A DNA stretch of 15,079 bases from Paraspadella gotoi (lineage: Eukaryota; Animalia; Chaetognatha). The first letter of the stretch is position 1. Each line of letters begins with the position of its first letter. A model generated the notes under the pieces. It had not been told where the DNA came from, ran no database searches, and saw only the letters and a list, made by a program, of their open reading frames with translations. The stretch spans positions 6,980,401 through 6,995,479 of the forward strand of contig CM119268.1 in assembly GCA_051294375.1 (NCBI GenBank), in the 5' to 3' direction. The translations under genes and the position numbers were made by a program. Below are positions 1-10,019 of the stretch, piece after piece.

Positions 1-82
1 GAAAGTGAGAGAGAGAGAGAAAGAGAGACAAAGAGCCTTCTCGAAAATTGGCCGGCGTCTCGAGATGTTTAAGCCTAGAACT

Positions 83-170
83 CGCCTGGCAACCGCCTGG
101 CAACCGCCCGGCAACTCCTCGGGCACGCAGCAGGCACCTGCTTTGGCACGCAGCGGGCACCTGCTTGGCA
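83..170 (+). repeat. Compound short tandem repeats (11-bp x3, then 22/23-bp x2)
   Basis: CGCCTGGCAAC at 83-93 and 94-104, CGCCCGGCAAC at 105-115. GGCACGCAGC(A/G)GGCACCTGCTT at 122-143 and 145-166. Confidence 0.85.
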
Positions 171-266
171 TCTCCTTCTTCGAATTCATAAATATGTACG
201 TGAGCGAGATTAAAGATTGTAGAAGAGTCGCGAGCGAGAATATTGAAGGAAGAATGTTTTGGACCG

Positions 267-317
<51 letters not shown>
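267..317 (+). repeat. (GAC)17 trinucleotide microsatellite with degenerate GAC/GAA tail to ~430
   Basis: Perfect GAC run read directly; it explains the poly-D and poly-R ORFs at 5-358 and 243-488. Confidence 0.97.
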
Positions 318-319
<2 letters not shown>

Positions 320-480
320 TGGAGACGACCAAGACGACGGCGCCGTGGACGAATATAAAGACGAAGACGAAGACAATGAATTAACGACTATGAGGAAGAT
401 GACGACTGCGAGGAAGGAGAACGACTACGTGGGAAAAAAAAATAGAAAAAAGGATTTACCCAAAAGACGAATTAGCTTAA

Positions 481-542
481 TTTTATAATAATAATAATTT
501 TATTATAATAATAATAATTTTATTATAATAATTTTATAATAA
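481..542. repeat. AT-only low-complexity repeat: (TAA)n blocks separated by T-runs
   Basis: TTTTATAATAATAATAA-type units repeated 3-4 times. Confidence 0.85.
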
Positions 543-671
543 GAAAGCATAAAAAGGGGGGGGAAAGTTGATTGATTGAACGAGTATGATTGACCAGATT
601 TGAAATGAAGAAGAAAACTACTTAGGCTGAATAAATTATTTCTCACACCGCGAAACAAAAAGTTCGAAAAC

Positions 672-1135
672 AACGACGAAAACGACCACAATGACGACCA
701 CAATGACGACCGCAATGACGACCACAATGACGAAACGCAACGACGACCATAATGACGNNNNNNNNNNNNNNNNNNNNNNNNNNNNNNNNNNNNNNNNNNN
801 NNNNNNNNNNNNNNNNNNNNNNNNNNNNNNNNNNNNNNNNNNNNNNNNNNNNNNNNNNNNNNNNNNNNNNNNNNNNNNNNNNNNNNNNNNNNNNNNNNNN
901 NNNNNNNNNNNNNNNNNNNNNNNNNNNNNNNNNNNNNNNNNNNNNNNNNNNNNNNNNNNNNNNNNNNNNNNNNNNNNNNNNNNNNNNNNNNNNNNNNNNN
1001 NNNNNNNNNNNNNNNNNNNNNNNNNNNNNNNNNNNNNNNNNNNNNNNNNNNNNNNNNNNNNNNNAATGACGACCACAATGACGACCACAACGACAACCAC
1101 AACGACGACCACAATGACGACCACAACGACGACAA
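672..1135 (+). repeat. 12-bp minisatellite (ATGACGACCACA)n spanning an assembly gap
   Basis: Units such as ATGACGACCACA and ACGACGACCACA occur on both sides of the N-run (672-757 and 1065-1135). This explains the MTTT, SSLW and RHCG repeat ORFs. Confidence 0.93.
758..1064. other. Assembly gap (307 N), probably unresolved 12-bp array
   Basis: N-run flanked on both sides by the same 12-bp unit. Confidence 0.95.
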
Positions 1136-1505
1136 CAGAGATAATGAAAAAAATCGAGGACAAGAGCGTTTCCTTGTTTTTCCGGCGAAAGAGTTCGCAT
1201 CACAAAATTGGATTCACGCTTTTTTTTTTCGATCTTATGTTCGTCGCCTCGACAGAACTCAAGTTTTTGGGCTTCGTGCGACGAGATTATTTTTTTCTTT
1301 ATATATCTTTAAGTCGATATTGGCCTTGACATATTTAACTGATGTCATTGTTGGCCTTAACTGCTTTTAGTTCACCCGCATTGCTTTAAAAAAACTGTCC
1401 TACACTTTCACGCTTGAGCCTAGAATCACTTATCAGACCCTCCTCTGCCTAATGCCCAATCTAACATCATGATGACCTAGTATTGCATTTGCTGACGTTA
1501 TCAAT

Positions 1506-1683
1506 GCCCAGCACTTTTTTACCTGACATTGTCTTTGCCCATCACTTTTTATCTGACCTTGTCTTTGCCCAGCACATCTTTACCTGACATTGTCTTTGCC
1601 CAGCACTTCCTTACCTGACCTTGTCTTTGCCCAGCACTTCCTTAAATGACCTTGTCTTTGCCCAGCACTTCCTTACCTGACAT
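1506..1683 (+). repeat. 31-bp minisatellite, ~5.8 copies (GCCCAGCACTTCCTTACCTGACCTTGTCTTT)
   Basis: Units start at 1506, 1537, 1567, 1598, 1629 and 1660. They are head-to-tail with no spacers and a few substitutions per unit. Confidence 0.96.
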
Positions 1684-1818
1684 CACCGAAAGTCTCAACC
1701 TCAACACGTGTTTCTCCTTACCTCGCCTCAGTTTTGACCTCACTTTCCTTACCCTTTCTTGAGGCGGCGTCTTCTGCTTCCAAAATAGATTTCTGGGAAA
1801 AAGAGACACTGGTAGCCT

Positions 1819-1902
1819 GACGATGAGGAGGTGGAGAAGGAGGAGGAGGAGGAGAAGGAGGAGGAGGAGGAGGAGGAAGAGGAAGACGACAACGACGACG
1901 AG
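1819..1902 (+). repeat. Imperfect (GAG)n/(GAC)n microsatellite
   Basis: GAGGAG run with AAG/GTG/GAA interruptions, then GACGAC. It explains the poly-L and poly-P minus-strand ORFs. Confidence 0.92.
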
Positions 1903-2085
1903 TAAAAGTGTAATTCTCACGATGCTGACATTTACATGCATGAGACAATGACGAAGAGGATGACAACGAGGAGAAAACGATAAAACTTGGATGACAGATA
2001 GCATGAAGAATTTGATAATGGCAATAATGACAAGAACGATGACGTCAAAAGTCAAAAGTTCTATCGATTGTTTTATTCTGGTATT

Positions 2086-2128
2086 TTTTAGGAAAAAGAT
2101 TCAATACTACAAGGGGTGAGAGAGAGAG
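2086..2128 (+). repeat. Short direct repeat, copy A (partner 10856-10900)
   Basis: TTTTAGGAAAAAGATTCAATACTACAAGGGGTGAGAGAGAGAG; exact 15-bp core TCAATACTACAAGGG at 2101-2115 and 10870-10884. Confidence 0.85.
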
Positions 2129-2300
2129 AAAAAGTAGAGAGATCTGAGCAACGATGCATTCTGAAAGTTCTGCATTGTGTTTTGAATACAAGAAATAAAG
2201 AAAAATGAAAAAAAAGGAAGATAATACTAAACTTAACCAAAATGAAGTCTTTCGTCTCACATTTGTTCTGTATCTTTCGATTGCTGCGTATGTCGTCGAG

Positions 2301-2380
2301 TCAATCTCAATCTCTGTATTTCTCGAACTCTCAACTCTCATTCTCAGCTCTCGTGATTCTCAATCTCGTCCCTCAACTCT
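2301..2380 (+). repeat. Degenerate heptamer array (TCTCAAC)n-like
   Basis: TCTCAAT, TCTCAAC, TCTCATT and TCTCAGC units; the same array occurs at 9916-10016. Confidence 0.75.
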
Positions 2381-2419
2381 ATTTCTGCTTAATGGTAAAC
2401 AAGAAACTTCAACGCGTGA

Positions 2420-2976
2420 GCAACGCTTGACTCCTAAAGTTCCGAGTTGGAGTAAGTTTCGCGACGCTGCAATGCGACGTCTTTCTTCTGTGCTGGGATG
2501 AAAATCGGCAATCCGAGAAACATCGGCCGAGTAAGAGCCGCGGGCTTCGCCCCAATACGAGGATTTGGTTCCCGAGGCCTACAAACGGAAACTCGTTGTG
2601 GGCGGCACGATTCTAGCAGCATGCGAGATCGAGCGGACTTTGCTTCGTGCATGTGATCAATCAGGCAGCAGGTCACTTCCTTGTTGTCTTTCTTCTCACT
2701 TAAGAACGGGAAAGGATATAGCAGCTAGTGGCGATCAGCTGGCAAGCCGGACGGGCAGGACTGGGTTCAAAGGAAAAGTTACTCTCTCTTGTTCTGGATC
2801 GAAAGCGAGCAGGCAGCAGCTGCAGTCTGTGAAGGACAGGCTGGAAGAAATACGACTGACGACGTCTGTTCGCGATCGTGAGAAGCGGCGAGCGCTGCTG
2901 GATCGCCGCGAACGGCGACCCTTTTCCTGGGGACTCGGTTCGAGAGGCTCAAGAAGGATTGTATGAACTTTAAAGT
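2420..2976 (+). pseudogene. GC-rich coding-like segment (frameshifted; unknown product), copy 1
   Basis: Sharp GC rise between AT-rich flanks; ORF 2565-2966 (..QQLQSVKDRLEEIR..); homologous to 10020-10490. Strand inferred from C/G-ending codon runs in copy 2. Confidence 0.4.
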
Positions 2977-3399
2977 GAATACTTAAAAGAATCGGATGAC
3001 ATGTCATAAATCGAGATCATATTCATGAAAGATAGTCGTCAGCTTAGTAGGGCTGTTTTATAAATGCGCAAGCGTTATATTATTTTTTTAACTTTTGGGC
3101 ATCCCGTATTGGTAAGGTGAAGACGTATGTAATGGGATGTTACATTTGATAGGATATAAAATGGTAATTTGAGTTATATCAAGCTAGTGATGGCTAAGGA
3201 AAGTAATGATAGTTTGTTGAGTTAGACCAATTTACAAGATTTATAATGCAAGCTAAGTCTGTACCAGTTGTAGTTATGTTATGAAGCATGTTGCGAATGT
3301 TGAACAATTATTTATATTTTAAATCATTTATATATGTTATTATTTCTATTCTATAGGTAGATGATGGGGATATTGTTTAAAAAATAAAAGAATAGATTT

Positions 3400-4345
3400 T
3401 GGAATATGCAGGATATATTATTAGTGATATAATGATAGAATAGATTTAAATCTGGACAAGATTATTTATATTATTATAAGTTATTATGGGTCTTTGAATA
3501 ATTTAAAATGTATATATATTAATGTATATTATATATATAGTTTGTATATTAGGAGTTAATATAGTTTGTATAAAAGTATATATTTCTTGTTATTATAGAT
3601 ATAAGAATTTTTTTGAAAAGATAGAATCTTTATGTACCCGTATCGCGTTGATATGATTCTTAATGCTTGGTGTTTAATATTAAAAGAAATATGGTAATAT
3701 TAATTAAGTTAAGTACTTATGACAGTTGAATTTAATACATTCAGAAAAGTGATTCATATTTTGATGCCGCCTTTAATGAAGATCTAGGGTGAAATTATAA
3801 AAACGGTTGGAATAAAATTGTTTATCGAGTATTCTTAATATAAATTATTGTTATGATAATAGTATGTATATTTAATGTGTTGTGTATGTTTGGAAATATC
3901 GCGACAAAGATGACATAATTATAGAAAGCTGGCATAGTAATTTTGTATGAATTTATTGAATCATGGTCATTTGGATGACTCTTTTGTTTTCATAGTATGG
4001 TTAGTAAATAGGTGACTCTATTAACTTTAGATATATGTCATTGAAGGGTAATTTATATTCTAAAATTTAAGTCGATGGATTGGAAGAAGGTCGGTGATAA
4101 GGTAAATGGTTTAACATATAAACTAAAAACAATTATATCTAAAATTTTAATATTAGATGTTAAAGCCTAAAATAAGATAGGCAGACTAATGTTAGTTAGT
4201 GTAACCTTGTTGAGTATGCATAGTTTGTTCGGTTACATTAAAAATCTCACATCTAACTATGTATGATAATAATATTACTTGTAACTATGTAAGTATGTAA
4301 ATGAATTTAGATTAAATAAAAATATATCTAATAAATGAATGAAAT
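3400..4345 (+). mobile_element. Possible degenerate 3' end of a non-LTR retrotransposon (CR1/L2-like RT C-terminus plus 3' UTR)
   Basis: Short peptides loosely recalling post-RT motifs, in the expected order: EYAGYII at ~3402 (cf. KYLGII) and NTFRKVIHIL at ~3735 (cf. LQKKIIRII). The segment ends in an AT-rich tail with AATAAA (4315, 4330) and ATGA repeats. No intact ORF. Confidence 0.25.
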
Positions 4346-4454
4346 GGTAGAAAATCCTAAGGCCAATATGTGATATATAAGTAGGATGATACTATGATTG
4401 TACAACCATAGGATCATCATAATCACTTGCGAATTTTAAAACTAACACAATAGA

Positions 4455-6150
4455 TGCAAGCCTGTGTTTCTAAACTCGTCCTTTTCTCAAAGCGAAGTTG
4501 CCGTGATCTTAGACCACCCACGACATAATTATTTAAAGTGCATTGTTGGAAAGGAATTGTGTGAAAAAATTTAACAATAATATTATAAATAAGGACTTGG
4601 TACTGCTCGGTGCCTATGAAGATGATTAGTTTTATTCACGGATCCCAGAAAAGAAGCTCTGTCTGATGAAATAAGAATGAACCTGTTACAGCACTTCTCG
4701 GAAGATTTGATATACAGCCGTTTAATCTCGTTTTGAATGCTGCGACAGCTAACAAGGTAGGTGCCCAGAGATGAGGTCCTTAGCGATTGCACCCACTGCT
4801 GGAATTGTTTGTAAACCTATCATGATATAATATCTCATGGTGTATTGTTCCACTTTCAGTCTTCGTAATGAACAAGAAGGAAAGTCAGGAATAGGTACTT
4901 TGAGGCGGGTAAAAAGTGGCCGTTGGCAAAACTTAAAAATGTAGTGAATAATCTGGATAAATTTCAGAACGTATTTGGGGGTTCTACGACGAGGCACCAC
5001 GGCGGAGTGTCCAGGGTTGGCGACAAACCCTCTGGGATGCCGAAATCTAACCTACCCGGTGGTTGATGTTAAAAAATCGGCGTGCTAGTAGACTATAAAA
5101 CCGACTCAAAATGAAAGTCAGGAATCTACGCTAAAATGCGTCTCTATAGCCTGTGTTTATATGACCGCACAGGTGATTCTACTGGCACTTGCGATTGTTA
5201 TTTACTGCATTTGCATCGTTTATAAAAATCCTCCCATCAAACTCTCAATGGCCATGATGATAAAGAAAAAAGCGCCATTCGTCTGCTGAGGAGATCTCAG
5301 GGACAAAGGTTTTAGAGAGTACAGATGAATGATAAGGATATCCATTTGCTGAACGCCGGCCGTTTCGCTTACAAAGATTAAAATGTTGACAGAGCAGAAT
5401 CCTCTTTCATTGTTAAAGTGGAGAGTTATGGACTCTGATCCGTCACTACGCCAGAGCAAGAATGAATGTCTGTTATAGATGCGTTAAACTATGTCTAAGG
5501 CATATTCTCTATTAAGATGAAGAACAGGGTAGAATGTACGAATTTTTGTGAGACAAAGAGTATTTCCACATTTCTGGAACAGAACAAGAATTATTTAACA
5601 GAATTTTGTGAGTGAAGGGATTCTCGCACATCGGTTCTGATGTTGACAAAGATTTCCTGTTGAACTCCTGGAGAACATGATATGGACACGTTCGGTCCAG
5701 GACACGTTTAAATTGATGCTCTGAAGTAATAACACAGCCAGGGATGAATAAGGTTAGGAAAAGATAAAACTTGCATGCGTACCTGGTATGCAAGGGAAGA
5801 CGTTGTTCGTCAGGGGAGGACGATAATAAGAATTTTGTGGAGGGGTATGAGGATTAATTGAAAATTAATTTCATTACTTGAACAGTTATAAGCAGAGCAT
5901 TTTTCGTTTGTTGTTCCTAATGTTTCTCTTTAAAGGAGAGTCTCACAGTTCAGGATCCACACTGCGCTCAAGATCAGCAACCGCCGTCGAATAGCGCCCG
6001 CTAACAAGCTCACAGAAGTTGGCATCTAGGTTTTGTAAAAGGGGTATATAGCCCTGCGCGAGGATTAGAAACAATGTAAATGTTCGGAGTATTTGACATA
6101 GAACGTCACTGTTTAAAACTCACTGAATTAAATTGTCCTCCATAAATACA
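4455..6150 (+). pseudogene. Frameshift-disrupted, intronless coding-like region (~550 codons); candidate endogenous viral element, nucleoprotein-like
   Basis: Repeat-free, balanced-composition stretch with successive + strand open segments: KPVFLNSSFSQSEVAVILDHPRHNYLKCIVGKELCEK, MKMISLFTDPRKEALSDEIRMNLLQHFSEDL, RNRYFEAGKKWPLAKLKNVVNNLDKF, YMTAQVILLALAIVIYCI, SLTKIKMLTEQNPLSLLKWRVMDSDPSLRQ, VITQPGMNKVRK, LMFLFKGESHS. The viral identity is inference only. Confidence 0.4.
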
Positions 6151-8566
6151 AAAAGGAAAGCTCGGGATCAGTACCAGCTATGGTATCAACGTATTTTTCA
6201 TTATTAAAAGTTATATGGGAGAATATTTTGGATTAAAAATAAAAACTACAACTCGTAGATTAAATAAATTATGATTACTTTTAAATGAAAGGTTAAGTGA
6301 TAAAAATTGTTTACAATTGTTTTGGCTTTTCCTGTATAGTCTTGCACATCCTCACGTTGCTTTTTCAATGTAACTCTTCACTGCCTTGCACGCGTTGTGT
6401 TGGTCTTGGTTCGTTTGGAACGGAAAAGAAGAAATTTTACAATTTTATATGAAAGAATAAGAAATGCAGTTACTTTCCAATATTTAATTGTATTCATAAT
6501 TAGATAACAATGTAAGGAATAAAAAGTAAATAGTCATGTGATAGTGAAAAGTGTACTGTATGAATAATATGATGTAAATAATTGATATTTTTGTTGATGC
6601 ATTACTTTTTTTTGAAAAGGAGTTGACAGGGATGAGGTGACAATTGGTAAAAAATTGTAAAAAAATACTTGAATTGCGTTGACCAGGAATCTGCAATGAT
6701 ATGAACTGCAAAAATTCAGCCTCATAGTGAGAGACTGAACACATCTTAATTACAGGCGGGCTGACCTCCTGTGACCAAGGTCAAAAGTCGAAAAGGTTAC
6801 GAGAAAAGGTCAAATTAGACGATTTGATCAACTGTATTGTATGTGACGGCTAAGTAATAATCATGGGAATGGCAAATGAATTAATTAATTTAATAAGTTT
6901 AATTTGTAGTTGGTCTATTCAATGTACAGTAAGAGAATAAAGTGCATTCCTATCCGTGATAAGTCACTCTATTAAAGAACTCTAACACCGATACGGTTGA
7001 AATTGGTGACTTCCGCATTATAATGCGGGACGTATTCCGTCACATTATTGTCTTCTACAAGCGACAGTAAAAAGCTAATCAATACTATTGTAAAGTGGTA
7101 ATTACAATCACATATTCTTCTGAAATAGTTTATTGTAAGTAATTTTTTCGAACATTCCAATATAACACTTATTTGTTAATTGTTTATTGATATGTAATTT
7201 GATCAATCAATCCAAATCACGTTAATTTAAGTTTTTAAAAGCTCAGAGCACCGATAAGATGCCAAGTGGTTGCGAGGGGGGGATTTCACAACAAAGAGGA
7301 TTGCGTAAACCATGTCGCGGATCCTATAGTGGGTAAGTGCATACACTTTGATAAAAGAGAAATATTTTTATAAGACTTTTTTTGCATCAATAGAGTTTGG
7401 ATAGAGTTAGTAGCAACAGTTTGAATATAAGATCGAGTTAGCTCCAGCTATTAAGTTATCTAATCATATTTCAAATCCGTTTCTAAGTTCTAAACAAGGC
7501 AGTTACGGTACCGTCCGTCGAGTTAGGCTGGAGGTTGCCAATAGGAATAAGTAATACATTTTTAGTTTTGTTTTCAACATTGAGTTGCCCAAATAGTTGG
7601 TTTTGGATGATCATTGTCTAGATATGTATTTTGTACTTGCTTTGCCGGCTGATTCGCAGAACTGTTTTTTATGACGCGTCTCTTTTTTTTATGTGTTTAT
7701 TAACGTATTATGCAAACATTTATCAACTTGTTTTCATATCCTAATATTTAAAGTGCATTTACTTTCTCCTGAGCCACGTGTATTGTTTTAGTTATTGTTT
7801 GTTTTGCTCCGTCCCTCATTTCTTCGTTTCCTTTGAAAATTAGATTATAACTGTATTATAATTATATTTTAGGAGGGCGGTGTCAGAATAGGCTCTGCGT
7901 GGCAACCCAAGAGAAATCTCGCAGTGTTTTAGAAATGACCACTTTTCTTTCTTTGTAAAATGTTAACCAATTGTAACTCTCGTCCGTTGCTGTCGCGAAA
8001 TTCTGTGGTAGTTTAGCCGTGGTCCGAAGGAAACGTTTCTCTTTGGGTGTTTATTTGTATGTTTACCTTATTAAGTATTTACTAATAGATATACAAATCC
8101 CCGTGTTTGTATAGGCCAGAAGATCGTTCAGAAAACTATCTCGAGCGTAGAGTAAAAGTGACATGGTGGCACGGCTTTGTTCGGTCCCCACGTTTCTGGG
8201 GCGCTTACGCGGTACGGTAAGTGGGGTGGTGGTGGTGAGTATTTTGATATGTATAGGTGAAGTGAATAATCCTATACAGTTAATAAGTGGGTGTCCCGGA
8301 AGATGTTCACATCTGCGCGTCGTAGATTTAATAGCTCGACCCTTTCGTTTCACGTGCATAGTTCGACGTCGACGTAGAGATCGAAGCCGTATGAAAACAA
8401 TAATATTGGTTTAGAGATAAAACTCTGGTTTCCCCCCTGCAGTATCGACGAGGGATGCGCTTATATAAATTTTCTCTCGCTGCTATATAAGTATTGACGT
8501 TTGTTCGAATGTAGGGGCCATGAAATATTTTTAAAAAAAATAATATGAGTCTTTCAATGTGTTTTT

Positions 8567-9860
8567 TTATATTGTTTTTAACACTGTTTTGGAGGGCCGA
8601 TAGGCTCCAATCATTTGAAAACGGAACTGTCTAAGTTTACTTAACGTTGGTCGCTCTCCCATCCTGTCGAGAAATAAGTTCTTTGTCGCGCCTGGAGGAT
8701 TTGAAATCTTGCGAATTTCGTCGATTTTCTTCTGGTCTGCGATAGCAAACATTTGTTTGGATTATTTTGATTCAATCGCGATTGTGGCGGTGTTCGCCGG
8801 GAACGTTCTCTCTATTTGTTTAGCATCGACGAATTGTCGCGGTTTGGCCGACAGAAATATGATTTCCTTTAAATTGTTCTCTAGACCTCTCTCTCACGAT
8901 AGCGTCGCTCCGATTGTCGAAAGAATTTCGATCCGTAGGTACGAGTGAATTCGTGTCTCTCTGCCGAGCCCTCGACGGTCAAAACGCTTCTTTTGCCACG
9001 CCAACGCGACGCGGCTGGCGATGCCGGAAATTCTGAAACTTAACGCCTGTTCACGATAGTGTGCTTTGCGCGGACAGCTTCATAGCGCGATTGTCGTTCG
9101 TTTAAGACGTGGGGTGGAAGAGCGTTTTCAATGGGTGTGATTATTTTAAGGATCTGAAAAGTTGAAACTCATTAAAACAGAAGGCGAAAATGGTACGTCT
9201 CGTCGATTGGAAGCATTTATTTTCGTTGGAGCTTACATTCGCAGGTGTTCAATAATGATACGAATGTCACTGCTTATGGAATCGGTCCTCACGTTGAGAG
9301 AGATATCGACGCCAGTTCAATCCGTGACTTTCATCGCGAAAAATTTTCCCCACGAAATTGATATTTAAACAATTTTCATTGATCGAACATTAGTGAACAG
9401 CGTTTAAGACTGCGTCTTTTGCAGATAGTGGAATTCTAAACAAAGAGTAAATAAACAAATCTTTCTAAATAAACATCCGATGCAACGATTGTTTTGAACA
9501 ACTTTTGACGCTTAAGCGCGGCTCTAAAAAGTCCGATAACACGCATCGACGCTGCAGTCTATCTACGACGTCATGCTGCTTAAAAGCCGATGATGCATCG
9601 ACCCTGGAAAATCGAAAAAATAAACAACTCAACGACATTCTGAATGCAATCGACGATGCCTTTATTGTTTCACATCGCAATGACCGTTAAAATTTGTATA
9701 TGATATCGGTGATTCTGTGAAAGGGAGCTCACCGTTTTCGTGCAAATAAGATAACGAAATTCGATCCCGGCAAATGCATGACTCCTTTTTTTTACGAGAA
9801 CGGGTAATGCATGGAATGGAAATCTTTGAACGACAAGGACGACGACACGACGGTCTAATT
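8567..9860 (-). pseudogene. Candidate multi-exon gene fragment (unknown product; disrupted or error-laden)
   Basis: Minus-strand GT-AG introns: 9732-9604 (GTGAG...TTTTCCAG, 129 nt) and 9236-9154 (GTAAG...TTTCAACTTTTCAG, 83 nt). Further acceptors at 9861 and 9436. The last exon reads largely open (ILKIITPIENALPPHVLNERQSRY...NNLKEIIFLSAKPRQFVDAKQIERTF...MFAIADQKKIDEIRKI...) to a stop at 8567. Confidence 0.4.
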
Positions 9861-9915
9861 CTGCATTTGTTTGAAACAAGAAAAAAGAAATGAAAAAAAT
9901 TAACATTCACTGAAC

Positions 9916-10016
9916 CTCAATCTCGACTTCAACTCTCAACTCTCTATTGCTCAACTCTTATTCTCTAACATCTCAATTCTCGACTCTCAACTCTCAACTC
10001 TCCTCTCCTCAAACTC
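9916..10016 (+). repeat. Degenerate heptamer array (TCTCAAC)n-like
   Basis: CTCAATCTCGACTTCAACTCTCAACTCT...CTCTCAACTCTCAACTCTC. Confidence 0.8.
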
Positions 10017-10019
10017 TTC

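Larger units (their letters stand above)
2168..3400 (+). repeat. Long direct repeat, copy 1 (~1.2 kb; partner 9859-~10855)
   Basis: Colinear exact anchors: TTCTGCATT 2168/9859; GAAGAAATACGAC 2844/10370; AACTTTAAAGT 2966/10481; GACATGTCAT 2998/10512; GTAAGGTGAA 3112/10618; TAGACCAATT 3223/10712. The right boundary is approximate. Confidence 0.92.

Noticed and set aside
5-1329. ORFs with poly-R, poly-D, MTTT, SSLW or RHCG repeats
   Set aside because: They are translations of the (GAC)n and 12-bp arrays and of the N-gap, with no independent coding evidence.
1506-1683. CRISPR-like array (31-bp repeats)
   Set aside because: Units are head-to-tail with no unique spacers, there are no cas genes, and the context is eukaryotic.
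1642-2055. Poly-L and poly-P minus-strand ORFs
   Set aside because: They are produced by the (GAG)n microsatellite.
5220-5860. Orthomyxovirus PB2-like motifs (NPLSLL, VEGYED)
   Set aside because: The resemblances are short, and their spacing did not fit PB2 as I recall it; a nucleoprotein-like reading fit better but is also unconfirmed.
5940-6030. P-element/THAP9 transposase motif (D-x-x-H...KLT)
   Set aside because: Only QDPH and NKLTEV in different frames, spaced too closely, and no other transposase motifs or terminal inverted repeats.
6625-7995. Possible inverted repeat around ACAATTGGT (6641) / ACCAATTGT (7966)
   Set aside because: Similarity is limited to ~25 bp with several mismatches and does not extend.
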